Source: Mustelus asterias
Taxonomy: Eukaryota
Length of the DNA stretch: 64,000 bases
Assembly (NCBI RefSeq): GCF_964213995.1
Contig: NC_135809.1
Coordinates: 109,058,001-109,122,000 of the forward strand
Direction of reading: 5' to 3'
The notes below the pieces were generated by a model. That model ran no database searches and had not been told where the DNA came from. It saw only the letters and a list, made by a program, of their open reading frames with translations. A program made the position numbers and the translations under genes. Numbering within the stretch: the stretch's first letter is position 1; every line of letters starts with the position of its first letter. This document shows, piece after piece, positions 38,655 to 51,081 of the stretch.

Positions 38655-39208
38655 GTGGGTTCAATGAAGAAATATCAAAGATCCCAAGATTTTATTCGTT
38701 CATGGTCTGAGGAACAATGTATAACATTGAGTTCAATTTATATTTGTATTGATGTGTTAAGGCAGGTTCTAATTACATTTGTAGTTTTTTCTGAGTATGG
38801 TCCTGCGGTGCCTGGAGGCATTATTTATATTTTCATGAAGATAGAGTTAGTTTAAATGATCTATATTTGTATTGTTAAGTCTTAGAAATGAGGCATAGTT
38901 GTAAGTGGGTTGAATTTAGTTCTGCTATGCAAGGAAGTAAGGAGTTCCAGTTAGATTCATGTAAGGCAAAGTATTTTGCATCTGGGGTACAAATAATTTA
39001 TGAACAAAAAATAAGTGTAAACAAAAATCCCTGTTATATGGTGACAGCATCCCTGGGCACACAAAGGCACAGGGAAAGGCAGAATTGCTGTTCTCTCTGT
39101 CTATATGACAGAGAGTGAAGACAGAAACTCTGTACTCTCTGATTGTAACCGGAACAACCTTGCTGAGGAGCAGATTGTGGGCAACTCGTGCGTTGAAGTA
39201 ATAGTTGC

Positions 39209-39713
39209 CACACTACCAGAAGGACGTGGAGGCTTTAGAGAGAGTGCAGAGGAGGTTTACCAGGATGTTGCCTGGTATGGAAGGGCTTAGTTATGAGGAG
39301 AGATTGGGTAAGCTGGGGTTGTTCTCACTGGAAAGACGGAGGATGAGGGGTGACCTAATAGAGGTGTATAAAATTATGACAGGCATAAATAGGGTGAACG
39401 GTGGGAAGCTTTTTCCCAGGTCGGTGGTGACGTTCACGAGGGGTCATAGGTTCAAGGTGAGGGGGGGGAGGTTTAACACGGATATCAGAAGGACATATTT
39501 TACACAGAGGGTGGTGGGGGCCTGGAATGCGCTGCCAGGCAAGGTGGTGGAGGCGGACACACTGGGAGCATTTAAGACTTATGTAGATAGCCACATGAAC
39601 GGAGTGGGAATGGAGGGATACAAAAGAATGGTCTAGTTTGGACCAGGAAGCGGTGCGGCCTTGGAGGGCCGAAGGGCCTGTTCCTGTGCTGTATTGTTCT
39701 TTGTTCTTTGTTC
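39209..39713 (+). mobile_element. 5'-truncated, relatively young CR1 LINE insertion
   Basis: Open ORF2 C-terminus (ALERVQRRFTRM...RRRMRGDLIEVYKIM...WNALP), (ttctttg)n tail, TSD TAGTTGC (39202-39208, 39714-39720). Confidence 0.92.
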
Positions 39714-40020
39714 TAGTTGCGACATTCCATATGGTGTAGGTTTATCCAAAGAACCTTTGGGGATGTTGTTAGATGTTTTCAGCCCTGTGACCACTGTAGG
39801 AATGGGCACATCTTTCGATGACAGGAATTTTTCAGACATAAAGGGGAGTTTGAAAGCAAATTACTGTGGGTTCTGGAATCTGCACTAGAAACAGAAATGG
39901 CAAGAAATCTCCGCAGGTCTGATAGCATCTGTGGAGAGAGAACAGAGCTAATGTTTTGAGTCTGGATGACCCTTTGTCAGAGCTAAGGCAATAGAAAGTA
40001 GCATGAGATTTATACTGTTG

Positions 40021-40112
40021 TGGGGTCGGCGGGGAGGTGGTGGCGGGGGCGGGTGGGGGGGGGGAGCGTGGTGCACGGGGGGGGGGGGGGGGGGGGGGTG
40101 GCCGGTGGCGGT
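40021..40112 (+). repeat. Expanded G-rich/poly-G tract
   Basis: Long G runs replacing the short ggtgaggggtgtgggg segment of other units. Confidence 0.85.
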
Positions 40113-41867
40113 GACCCAAGGGGTCTGGATAGAGAGCCAGCGGTTGGTGAAGTCAGGAGATAATGACAAAGATGTCATAGACAGAAAAATATAGGGGTCG
40201 TAAATGGTGGTGATCGTGGCTAAGAAGGGTGCTGATAGCTAAGAAGGGGAGATTGGTCATGCTGGTGTTTCGGCGTACCTGTGGCCCTTGTTGTTATAGA
40301 TCTCAGTAGTTGCAAACTTGGAAGCTGCCCTTGAAGAAGTTGTATTCGACCAAATCAACCGAAGTATTATTTATCGATGGTGTGGAATGTAGGAGAGCAT
40401 TCCAGTTAGCAATAGCCTAAACTTATCATCAGGTCACCAGATTTTCTTCAAGGTTGTAACCCTAACAAACTAATGGGTGCAATGGATGGTGGACGTAATA
40501 AATGTGATGAAATGCATTACGTGCTATTGAAAGGCAAGGAAAGAATTGTTTCTCACTGAGGTATTGGTCTGAAAATTGTGGTATCAAGTATTCTTCGACA
40601 CATTAGCTAAGTCATTCAGAAATGTTGTCTGCCAGCCAGAACGCAATGGGTTGATGTTCCAGTCCAGGATATTGAGTAAATATCTTGACTGAAACATGGT
40701 ACATTTTTGTGATGGGATGATGCAGTTACACAGTCATCCTCATATTTGCATTGGATAAAGCTCCTTTTTTCAAATACAGAAACTGATTACATTGTCCAAT
40801 TAGAATGCCCCTGTTGTGTCCTGACATTGAAGTACCTTTCTTTTACAATGTTTATGATCCAGGAAAATATTTTGCTCTTGAATTCCAGGGCATATTGTAT
40901 AACAATGTTTATATTTGAAACGAATTGTCTGAGCTATGTTGATGGGTATCTGTCAATACTGACTGTGAGAAAAAAATGCATAATGCTTAGGATCCTTAAT
41001 GCAGCACTTATCTAAGAAATAGGAATCTCTTACCGTAGTTGAAGAAGCAAGGTCAACTAAATTCATGCGCAATATTTGCATTTTCGCCAAAGCTTTATCA
41101 CTGTACTTTCTACTCCCTAACACAGTGAGTTGACATTATTCAGATTTTATGTATTTGTTCATGATTTGGGGAACCATGTATAACATTAAGTTTAATTTAT
41201 ATTTGTATTTATGTGTTAAGACAAGTTCTAGTTACATTTAGGATTTTCTGAGTTATGGTGCTGGGGAGTCTGGAAGCATTAATTGCATTTTCAGGAAAAT
41301 AGAGGTAATTTAGATGGTCTACATTTGTATTGTTAAATATTAGAAATGTAGCATAGTTTTAAGTGGGTTTAATTTAGTCTTGCTGTGCAAGAAAGTACGG
41401 AACTAGAATTATATTCATGTAAGACTTTTTTTTGCTTCTGGGGTTTTTGGTTGTGCTTCTTTGTTCTTGGAGAGGATGACAATATGAAAAGTAAACATGC
41501 TGGGGGAAGCATAACGTTGTTGCTTTGCAACCAAGATCATGTTAATGATAGGAAGGCTTTCTGATTGTTGTTTTAGCTGAATTCATTCGCAGTTGGATTC
41601 AGAAAGCTTGAAGAGGGAACGTATTTTAAGGCTTTTCTCATAGAAAAACCATATCATGGAGTAATGTTTAAGAAAACAAGCGCAGGAAACTTAATGAACC
41701 GCTAGTTTAAGGAGCATGGAGAAATGAAGAGAAGTTTCCAAGAAGATTGAAGCTAAAAGAACATAGATGAAGTGCCGTTGGGAACAGAACACTGTTTATG
41801 GAAGAAATACAGTAACAGTTTTAACAACACCAGGTTAAAGTCCAACAGGTTTATTTGGTAGCAAATA

Positions 41868-41904
41868 CCATTAGCTTTCGGAGCGCTGCTCCTTCGTCAG
41901 ATGG
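41868..41904 (-). ncRNA. Minimal type I hammerhead ribozyme motif (Penelope-type)
   Basis: CCAU-CUGACGA-A-GGAGC(AGC)GCUCC-GAAA-GCUA-AUGG: core, stem II, palindromic AGCU stem III, stem I CCAU/AUGG. Confidence 0.7.
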
Positions 41905-41932
41905 AGTGGAAATCTGAGAGCAAATTTCCACT

Positions 41933-41969
41933 CCATCTGACGAAGGAGCAGCGCTCCGAAAGTTAATGG
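41933..41969 (+). ncRNA. Minimal type I hammerhead ribozyme motif (Penelope-type), stem III variant GUUA
   Basis: CCAU-CUGACGA-A-GGAGCAGCGCUCC-GAAA-GUUA-AUGG. Confidence 0.6.
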
Positions 41970-43290
41970 AATTTGCTACCAAATAAACCTGTTGGACTTT
42001 AACCTGGTGTTGTTAAAACTGTTACTGTGTTTACCCTAGTCCAACACCGGCATCTCCACATTATGGAAGTAAATGTCAGAAACAAACTGATAAGTTTGGC
42101 TACAGACAATCCATAGATCTGAAGAAATCATAGGGTTTGGTATCATTATTTCCAGTGTTTGAAGCAACAGTATTGTGTTGGGGACTGAGTACCTGAGTTT
42201 GTGTAAAAGCATGTAAGACAACGGAAATCTGAAAGGAGAGGTGGAATCCTTGTGCTAGTTTCCTTGATAAAGTGTGGAGTGGAAACTTTGTTTGAAAAGA
42301 ATTTGGAAAACCTGAAGTGGATTCTTAATGCAAACAGGCGATTGAAGTTTTGAAAGAAGATTTTAAAGCGTGTCTTTTTTGGAGTGGAGTTTGGAAACAC
42401 TCGTATGACAATCATCTGGAGGGAAGTGGAAGAAAAAAACAAGGAAGATCAGTTGAGTGAGACCGGCCATTTGATTTCATTTTTGAATATTGTGCAGATT
42501 TGTAAAGCTAATGGGGGAGTACAGGAGTATTATATTATACTCAAACTTTTCCTGTTTAATAAATGACATTTTTCTTGCTGTTAAAAACTGATTAGAAGAC
42601 CTGTGACGATGTTCCTCCATGTTTTCTGAAAAAATAAAAAGAAGTTAGAATCTTTTGAGCCAGAGTTTCATTCTGGGATCTTGCCATCAACAGTAACACC
42701 AACTGAGATTGTAACAGTAAACATGCACTTGCGATGAGATTTTGCAACCCATGAAGTGTAGAAAGGAGTTTGTAGTTCAGAATATGTAGGAATAAAAAAT
42801 AAGTGGAAACAGGAATCCCTGTTATTTAGTGACACACAAATCCCTGTTACTTGGCACACAAAGAGACAGGGAAAGTCAAGATTGCTGTTCTTTCTGTCTA
42901 TATGACCGAGAGTGAAGACAGAAGCTCTGTCCTCTCTGATTGTAAATCCAGCAACTCTGCTGGGGAGCAGATTGTGGGGAACTCCTGTGTTGAAGTAATA
43001 GTTGCAATAGTCCACATGGTGTAGGTTTATCCAAAGAGATTTTGGGGATGTTGCTACAGGCTTTTAGCCCCGTGACAATGTAGGAATGGGCACATCCTTC
43101 CAACTCAGGAATTTGTCAGATGTAGACGGGAGGTTAAATTACTGCGGACTCTGGAATCTGAACTAACAACAGAAAATGCTGGGAAATCTCAGCAGGTCTG
43201 ACAGCATCTGTGAAGAGAGAACAGAGCTAATGTTGAGTCTGGATGACACTTTGTCAGAGCTGAAGACAATAGAAAGTAGGATAAGATTTT

Positions 43291-43473
43291 GTAAATTGAG
43301 TTTGTATCTTTATATGTCCTGTTTGTGAACAGAACTCCCACTTACCTGACGAAGGAGTAGCGCTCCGAAAGCGAGTGGCTTTTGCTACCAAATAAACCTG
43401 TTGGATTTTAACCTGGTGTTGTGAGACTTCTTACTGTGTTTACCCCAGTCCAACGCCGGCATCTCCACATCAT
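43291..43473 (+). mobile_element. Penelope-like terminal fragment with a mutated hammerhead (GAAAGCGA)
   Basis: Same family as 41809 and 48604; CTGACGAAGGAGTAGCGCTCCGAAA at 43346. Confidence 0.75.
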
Positions 43474-44440
43474 GGCTGGATAGAGAGCCAGCGGTTTGTG
43501 CAGACGGGAGAAATTGACAAAGATGTCATAGGCACAAAAACTTAGGGAATGTAAACAAATAACCTAAAACTAAATGGTGGTGAACTAAAAGTAAATGGTT
43601 AAGAAGTGTGATGATAACTTAGAATGAGAGATTGCTTGTGTTGCTGTTTTAGTACACCTGCTGCCCTTGCTTTTCTAGATGTCAGTGGTTGTGAACTTGG
43701 AAGCTCTCCTTGGAGAAGCAGGATATGACCAAAAAGAACAAAATATAATTTATTGATGATGTGGAATTTAGGAGAGTGTTCCAGTTAGTCAAAGCCAAAT
43801 TTTCTCATAAGTCAACAGATTTCTTTCAAGGTTGTGACACTTAACAAACTAATGGGTGCCATAAATAGTGGGTGCAATAAATGTGATGAAATGCATCATT
43901 TATTATTGAAATAGGGGGAAAGAATTATTTCTCACTGAGGCACTGATCTGTACATTGTGGCTTCAAGTATTCTTAGAAATATTAGCAGTGCAATGAACTT
44001 AGGAGAAAAGCAATAAGTGGAAACACACATTTCTGTTGCCTAGTGACAGGGTTCCAGGGATACACAAAAACCGAGGGAAGGACAGATAGGCAGTTTTTCA
44101 TATCTACAAACCAGAGAATGAAGACGGAAGTTCTAAACTCTCCGATGGTAAATCCTGCAACAATGCTGGGGAACAGATTGTGGGGAACGAAATGTGATGA
44201 AGTAATTGTGTGTTCAGATTGTGGTTTCTTGATACAGTTTGGAACTGAGCCAACCCAAGCAAGAAACCTTGGTGTTGAAATAGTGGCAAATCTTCACTGG
44301 GATTTTCTGTAAGGATATTCATGGGATAAAGGAAACAGTGTGAATTTGCAAAATGTTCTCCTGTTTGTTTTGAAAACTTGCCAACCATTTTATGTAGTGT
44401 AATATTATTCATTGTTCATTTGCAATAAACATTTTATTTC

Positions 44441-44760
44441 CATAGAATCCCTACAGTGCCGAAGGAGGCCATTTGGTCCATCAAGTCTGCACCGACCGGC
44501 ACCCCACCCAGGCCCTATCCCCGTAACCCCCACATATTTACCCTGCTAATCCCCCTGACACTTAGGGACAATTTAGCATGGCCAATCAATTTAGCCCGGA
44601 CATCTTTGGAATGTGGGAGGAAACCGGAGCACCCGGCGGAAACGCACGCACACATGGGAGAACGTGCAAACTCCACAGACGGTGACCCGAGTCTGGAATT
44701 GGACCCGGGTCGCTGGCACTGTGAGGCAGCAGCGCTAATCGCTGTGTCACCGTGCCACCC
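44441..44760 (-). mobile_element. V-SINE (HE1-like): tRNA head, V domain, CR1-type tail
   Basis: Reverse complement GGGTGGCACGGTGACACAGCG...GGAGTTTGCACGTTCTCCC...GGTGCTCCGGTTTCCTCCCAC; tail ctgtagggattctatg. Confidence 0.88.
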
Positions 44761-44822
44761 ACTGTTATAAAATGCACTGGCATTGTTATAAAATGCACTG
44801 GTATTTTTATAAAATGCACTGA
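44761..44822 (+). repeat. 21-bp tandem repeat, 3 copies
   Basis: (a.tgttataaaatgcactgg.)x3. Confidence 0.85.
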
Positions 44823-45365
44823 CAATGAAGGAACCGGCAAATATTTCCAAGTCAGAATTGTGTCAGACTTTGAGGATAAGTTGCGCATGCTGGTGTTTCA
44901 ATGCACCTTCTGCTCTTGTTCCTCTAGATGTCAGTGGTTATGCATTTGGAGGCTGTCCTCGAAGAAGCAGTACTGGACCAACTAAACCAAAATATACTTT
45001 ATTGATTGTGTGCAATGTAGGAGACTGTTCGAGTTAGCAAAAGCCTCATTTCATCAAAGACCAGCAGATTTATTTCAAGATTGCACCCTTAACAAATCAA
45101 TTTGTGCAATAGATGGTGGTGGCAAGAAATATGGTCAGATATATTTTATTGAAATGCAGGAAATAATTTTTACTCAATGTGGCACTGATCTGTACATAAT
45201 GGCATCAAGCGTCCTTTGAAATATTAGCTACACTATTCAAAAAGTAACATTGAGTTCATCTAAATTCATGTCCATTATTTGCATATCAGCCAAAAGAAAT
45301 ATCGCTGTACTTTCTGCTCCTTCATGCTCTGAGTTTACTTTATCATGTATTTTGTGTTCTTCTAG

Positions 45366-45517
45366 AATTAACAGAAGCGTCTCCAGAATATGGAAGCAAT
45401 AGTCCAAAAGAAATGGAAGCTCCACTGAATCAGAATGAAGAGCTAAAGAGTCCAGAAAATCAGGAATCAAAGTTGGTGCAGACTCAACGGTCCGAATTGC
45501 CTTTTTCTTTACTGTAG
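45366..45517 (+). CDS. Old repeat exon c, possible alternative terminal exon: ELTEASPEYGSNSPKEMEAPLNQNEELKSPENQESKLVQTQRSELPFSLL*
   Basis: ttgtgttcttctAG| acceptor, open in phase 1, homologous to exons a and b; donor lost, reads into a CR1-type tail to TAG at 45515-45517. Confidence 0.4.
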
Positions 45518-46198
45518 GGATTCTATGATTCTATGTGTTGTTATTCCAATGTACCTTGTTCTTCAAGATATCGGTGGTTGTGAGTTTGGAGGCAGCCTTC
45601 GAAGAAGAAGTATTGAACCAAATTAAACAAAGTATAATTAATTAATGGTGTGGAATGTAGGAGAGTGTTCCAGTTAGCAAAATCCTCATTTTATCATTGG
45701 TCAACAGATTTATTTCAAGATTGTCACCCTTCACAAACTAATGTGTGCAATAGATGGTCGAGGTAATAAATGTGTAGAAATGCCTGATGTTCTATTGAAA
45801 TAGGAGGATGTATTCTCACTGAGGCATTTATCTGTACATAGTGATTTCAGGTATTCTTAGAAATATTAGCTGCAGCATTCAGAAATAGCAGATGGAAATG
45901 TATTGATATTCTAGTTCAGGACTTTGGGCAAATATTTTCACTGACTCCTTGTCCATTTTTTGATGGAATGATGCAGTTGCACAGTCATCCTCATATTTGG
46001 ACAAGTGGAACCTGTTTTTTTCTCAAATTCGGAAATTGATTAAATTGTCCACTTTAAACACCACTGTTGTGTCCTTACCTTGAATTATGTTACTTGTGTT
46101 ACTTTTTCTTGTTGCTACCCATGGTGTTCACTGCTTGTGAAAATTGTAGAAATTACCAAGGAGTCTTTATGAACATTATTCAATTATGAACAAAAGTT

Positions 46199-46552
46199 CT
46201 AACAGGGTTTGACAGGGTAGATTCAGAAAGAATGTTCCCAATGGTGGGGGAGTCCAGAACTAGAGGTCATAGTTTGAAGATAAGGGGTAAACCATTTCGA
46301 ACTGAGGTGAGGAGAAATTTCTTCACCAAGAAGGTGGTGAATGTGTGGAATTTATTACCACAGAAAGTAGTTGAGCCAAAATGTTGTCTGATTTCAGGAC
46401 GAAATTAGATATAGTTCTAGAGGCTGAAGGGATCAAGGGGTATGGGGGGACGAGGGGATTAGAATATTGAATATGATAATCAGCCATGATCAAAATGAAT
46501 GGCGGAGCAGGCTCAAAAGGCCGAATGATCTACTCCTGATTCTAGTTTCTAT
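46199..46552 (+). mobile_element. CR1 LINE 3' fragment
   Basis: SRTRGHSLKIRG..FRTEVRRNFFT..VV.VWN motif and 3' UTR. Confidence 0.85.
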
Positions 46553-47097
46553 TACTGACATATGTACGTATTTGCAGTGGAGGGTACAGGTATGGAGAGT
46601 ATTTCTTGTCATGTCCTTAAATGTTGCTGTCTGTCCCAAGATGAAGCTATAGTTCATGTATTAGCTAACATTACCAGTGGATGGTACTGTACTCAGTGCC
46701 TTGTTTACCTTTAAGGTACCAAGACTTCCCCACAAGTATTTATCCCTTGGATATGGACTAACAATAATTTACTTACAGTTTGATTCAAGTCTTGTGGTAT
46801 TTTAGTCTTGTATCCTTAACTTCAATGTTGCAATTGTAATTTCTTAATCTCTAACCTCTTGGTGATTAAAATTTCCATGTTAACAGCACGCATTAACAGA
46901 GTTCACTTGACCCCATCTCCCCAACCCCCCACCCCCATTCAAGTCTTTGAAATCAGAGTTTGAGGCAGTGCAGAGATCTTGTACCCCAGCCACGTCTCAT
47001 CTACCATCTGATCAAGAGACACGACTGACACTTGAGCCGTTTGAACCACATGATTCCACACAATGACTTCTTCATTATTAGGATGGATGCAGACTGA

Positions 47098-47400
47098 TTT
47101 TTTTTTTCATTCTTTTATGTGATGTATACATTGCTGGTTCCAGCATATTTATCCATCCTTCATTGCCCTTGAGAAGGTGGAGGTTAGCCACCTTCTTGAA
47201 CAGTTGCAGCCCATGTGGTGCAGGTACACCCACAGTGCTATTAAGGAGCAGATTCCAGGATTTTAACCCAGTGACAGTGAAGGAACCACAATATCATTCC
47301 AAATCAGGATGGTGCGTGGCTTGGTATGGAATTTGCAGGTGGTGGTGTTCCCATACATCTACTGCCCTTGTCCTTCTAAATGGTTGAGATCGCAGGCGTT
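47098..47400 (-). mobile_element. LINE 3' end fragment (family related to the LINE-derived part of the array unit and to 205-380)
   Basis: T-rich tail; shares gaaggaacc..ttccaa.tcagg..ctgcccttgtccttcta with 44825-44930 and the unit. Confidence 0.6.
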
Positions 47401-48603
47401 AAATCTAAAGACTTGCTCAAATTTGAAGCTTGAGACCTTATTATCATATTAAAATGATGGACCATCCTCTGGTGAGCAGGTTAGTTGACTGCTCTCCAAC
47501 CTGCCACCATTGCACCTTTGTCTCGTATTTTAATTTTCTGCTGCTGGTAATTGTTTCAGAGAAAGCTTTGAGCAATCATTTGGTGTGGCCTTTTCTAAAA
47601 CTTTAATCTATTCCAATAAGAAAGAGTAGTGAAGAATCCATGGTTTTTTGCAATGGGACCATTTTACATTAATTTTAGGGACCAGCTGTTCCCCTTGGAA
47701 ATGACTCCAGCTGTTTACAGGCCAGGTGCTAAGATGCCAGTTTTGAAAACCTTCATATTGTATATCGGCAGCATCATCTTTAATCACGAGAATCTACACT
47801 CTGATGGCAATCCTAATTCAGAGGCTGATATCTGGGCCACGGTATTAAAAATAGAATTTAAAACGCTAAATTAAGAAATGAATTTAAAACACTATATTAA
47901 AAAGGAGTTTAAACATTTTAACATCACACATTCCCAACTTTTATCTTCCACTATCGGTGAAGCAGAATGTTAAGAGATCGATTAGGAGTCACAACTGAAT
48001 TCTTACATTTCAAAACTGCTGTTGAGATGCCAAGGTGTTGTAACCTTCCAGTTGCTTCTGAAAATATTGAACCTTTGGCTACATCATTACTCTGAAATTA
48101 AACATTTGTATGTGTGTATTATTCATATCACTCTGTGATTGTAATGTGCAGTTCCTGTGTTCATCCATTTATAGTTTTTGACAGGAGTGCCCTCTGTGGG
48201 CGTAATCTTACCAGCTCGCCCTGCCCATCGATGGGCGGAGCACGCCAGAAATGGGCAAGAGGCTGAATAGATTATTAAAATTTATTTAAATTTCCATGTG
48301 TTTAGCAAGCCCGGTGTTCAAGCGTCCGGGCTCACTTGCCTTTAGAGCCCCGCTGGAAAAGATTGTCTCCGGCAAGGAAAACACCCGCTCCCCATGAATG
48401 GGGAGTAGTCGTGTTGGCCTTGCTCGTGGAACCAGAGGTCATTGAGGCCCCCAGGGGAGGCTGAGGGCAGGGGGGGGGCCCAGCCTGGCACTTTGGCAGT
48501 GCCACCCTAGCACCTGGGGAATGCCCAGTGGGGCGGGGCCTACGAGGAGTGGAGCCAATGGGGGCAGGGCCTATGGGGGCTAGACCTATGGGATGAGGCT
48601 TAT

Positions 48604-48817
48604 ACAGTAAGAAGTCTCACAACACCAGGTTAAAGTCCAACAGGTTTATTTGGTAGCAAAGCCACACAAGCTTTTGGAGCGCTCGCTGCTCCAGAGGCTG
48701 CTCGAACGCTCCGAAAGCTAGTGGCTTTTGCTACCAAATAAACCTGTTGGACTTTAACCTGGTGTTGTGAGACTTCTTACTGTGTTTACCCCAGTCCAAT
48801 GCCGGCATCTCCACATC
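48604..48817. mobile_element. Penelope-like inverted terminal fragment
   Basis: Inverted arms; 11-bp TSD ATGAGGCTTAT (48593, 48818). Confidence 0.8.
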
Positions 48818-49151
48818 ATGAGGCTTATCGGGGCAGGGCTTGAAGGGGGACCCTATCGGGGATGGGGGGGGGGGAGGTGGGAGGGCCCGCTGCCTTTCTG
48901 CAATGGGTTCAGATTGGGGGAGGCCGCTGCACACTCTGCAATGGGATCGGATCAGTGAGGGGGGCCCTATCGGTCTGGGCAACGGGGAGGTGGGCGGCGG
49001 GGTCTAGATGCCCATGCATTGCGGGGCTTGTGATCAGCCGCGAGCCCCTGCAATTGCAGGTGGGGGAGGGGAAGCTGGTTGTGGCTGCCTGCTGTAGCAG
49101 GGGCCTGACAGCTCTCTGTCCGTCAACCCCTGCAGTTGCTATTGAGCTATT

Positions 49152-50128
49152 GGGCCCGATTTTACCATCAAATTGCACCTGTTTTCGGACGCGAAAACTT
49201 GGTAAAGTCGGGTATAGCGCGATCCGTGCCTGCTTCCGTGCTGATCCCCCCTTTACCAAGGCCCGAAAATGGCCACGATTAGGTCTGCACCCGAAACTGG
49301 CGCGATGGCCATTTAAATGCATTTGCATGCATTTAAATTGACTTAATGGGCTGGTCAAACCTTACAGGCACTTCCCCCTTTACCACCGCGTTCACCCATC
49401 CAGGTTGGCACGAAACAGACATGCTGCACAAAAGTTCGATTGGGGCACTCCAGTTAGTGAGGAGGTAAGTGCCAAGCACCCGATGACTCTCTGCTTGAGA
49501 TCGGTGATGGGGGGGAAAGGTTGGTGGGGGGGGGGAAGATTGAGGGGTGGAAGGTTGGTGGGGGGATGGTGTGGGAGGGAAAGGTGTGGGGGAGGAAGGT
49601 GTGGGGGGTGCGAAGGTGGGGTGAGGGGAAGGTGGGTCCGAATGCTCTCTGCTTAAGATCGGTGGGGCGGAGGGAGCTCCTCTGCCACTCTGCCTGAGAT
49701 CAGTGAGGGGGTGGGGGGTCTGCTGCCACTCTGCATGAGGTCAGTGAGGGGTAAGGGGGGGCCCACGATCAGTCTGGGTCTTGGGAGGGGGTGGGGGGAT
49801 AAAGGGGTCAGTAATGTTGTGGGGGTAGGGCAATGTCTGTGGGAGCCAGGGGGAGGCTTTATCCGGCCCGGGAGCGATGTGGCAGGGAAGCCATATTATA
49901 TTTTTTTTTTTCTGTGCGTGCGCGGTTGGAGGTGCCGATCGGAGCTGCAGGATATCGGGTGCGTTAAGCCCTTTCCACGGGCTTGTGCAGCGCGATTCAG
50001 ACTCGCTGATATTTTTGCAGGCAGAGCGTGTACGGGGGCGCCTGAGAACGGGACTAAAAGTCGGATCTGAAACACTCTCAGTTTCAAGTCCGCCCAGCAC
50101 TTCGAATCAAAATGGTAAAATAGGGCCC
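49152..50128. mobile_element. Harbinger-type MITE
   Basis: TIR GGGCCCGATTTTACCAT / ATGGTAAAATAGGGCCC; TSD ATT; subtermini match the transposase-bearing copies. Confidence 0.9.
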
Positions 50129-50316
50129 ATTGAGTTTGCATATGCGCAGTAGCTCCCTCTACAGGCTGGCTAGTGAATTAAGCCCAGCCCACTGCCTGCA
50201 GCAGCTAGAAACAGTCGAGACCATTTTTTCAGTGACTAAGTGCATAGATTGGGCATGAAAACTCACCCAAACAATGGATCAGGAACTCTCCCATTTTCAC
50301 GCTAGCTGGGCACTTA

Positions 50317-51078
50317 GGGCCCGATTTTACCATCAAGTTGCACCCATTTTCATGTGCGAAAACTTGGTAAAGTTGGGCATGAGGTGAGTAGCATGACCCA
50401 TGACTGCCTCCATATCCTTTCCTCCTTTACCAAGTGCCTAAAATGGCCGCCATTGGCACCGCACCCGAAACAGACGCAATGTTAATTTAAATGCATTTGC
50501 AGATGAGTCAGATGGCTCTCTGGTGGAGGTGGGGAGAGGGGGGGGCGGATCAGATTGCTCTCTGGTGGGGGGGGTGGGTCAAATCATTTTCTGGTGTGGG
50601 GGGAGGGAGGCGGGTCAGATCGTTCTCTGGTGGGGCGGAGGAGGAGGGAGGTGGGTCAGATCGTTCTCTGGTGGAGGGGAGGAGGGAGGTGGGTCAGGTG
50701 ACTCTTTGGTAGGGAGCAAGTGGGGCAGGGGGCTGCGATCAGTCTGGGTAGGGGGGTAGGGGGATAAGGGGACAGTTATGTTGTGGGGGTGGGGCAATGT
50801 CTGTGGGGGCCGGGGGGAGGCATTATCAGGCCAGGGAACATGTGGCAGTGGAGCGTTTTTCTATTTCTTTTACTGCGCATGCGCAGTTGAAGGCTCAGAT
50901 CGGAGCAGCAGTGTTTTCGGCACGATAAACCCCACCCACAGGATTCTGCAGTGCGATTCAGAATCCCTGTTTTTTTTCAGGCTGAGTGCGTACGGGGGCG
51001 CCTGAGAATGGGTCTAAAAGTTGGATCTGAAACACTCCCAGATTCAGCGTTTAGAATCAAAATGGTAAAATCGGGTCC
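50317..51078. mobile_element. Harbinger-type MITE
   Basis: TIR GGGCCCGATTTTACCAT / ATGGTAAAATCGGGTCC; TSD TTA. Confidence 0.9.
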
Positions 51079-51081
51079 TTA

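Larger units (their letters stand above)
10785..41420 (+). repeat. Tandem array of ~2.0-kb intron+exon units (14 exon-bearing copies plus a 15th without the exon)
   Basis: Exon-to-exon spacing 1992-2014 bp; central copies near-identical, terminal copies more diverged; each unit includes a Penelope-like and a LINE-derived segment. Confidence 0.97.
41809..42060. mobile_element. Penelope-like terminal-repeat fragment in inverted (palindromic) arrangement
   Basis: ~105-bp arms; TSD ttatggaag(t)aaat (41796, 42061); hammerhead cores on both arms. Confidence 0.8.
41418..42716. mobile_element. Unclassified ~1.2-1.3-kb insertion, possibly a solo LTR
   Basis: Unrelated to the unit; starts TGTAA and ends TGTAACA; AATAAA near the 3' end; alternatively bounded by an AGTAAACATGC repeat (41490, 42716). 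Confidence 0.4.
42780..46100 (+). repeat. Old diverged and partial copies of the array unit, interrupted by TEs
   Basis: Unit blocks at 42780-44200, 44820-45470 and 45540-46090. Confidence 0.8.

Noticed and set aside
12029-38855. Recurrent 60-150 aa ORFs in the repeat (MSCKVFC..., MLQLESS..., MANVPFL..., MNTKIHD...) as genes or an endogenous virus
   Set aside because: No recognisable domain, and they open and close with random indels and stops between copies. They recur only because the DNA is repeated.
10785-41420. CRISPR-like or rDNA/snRNA-type array
   Set aside because: Eukaryotic context, no short repeat-spacer structure, and no recognisable 5S, tRNA or snRNA sequence in the unit.
42668-43015. 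Minus-strand ORF with faintly IgV-like words (GVP..RVAGFTIRED..FTL)
   Set aside because: Lacks the Trp and D-x-x-x-Y-x-C motif and splice sites, and the frame is broken in all other unit copies.
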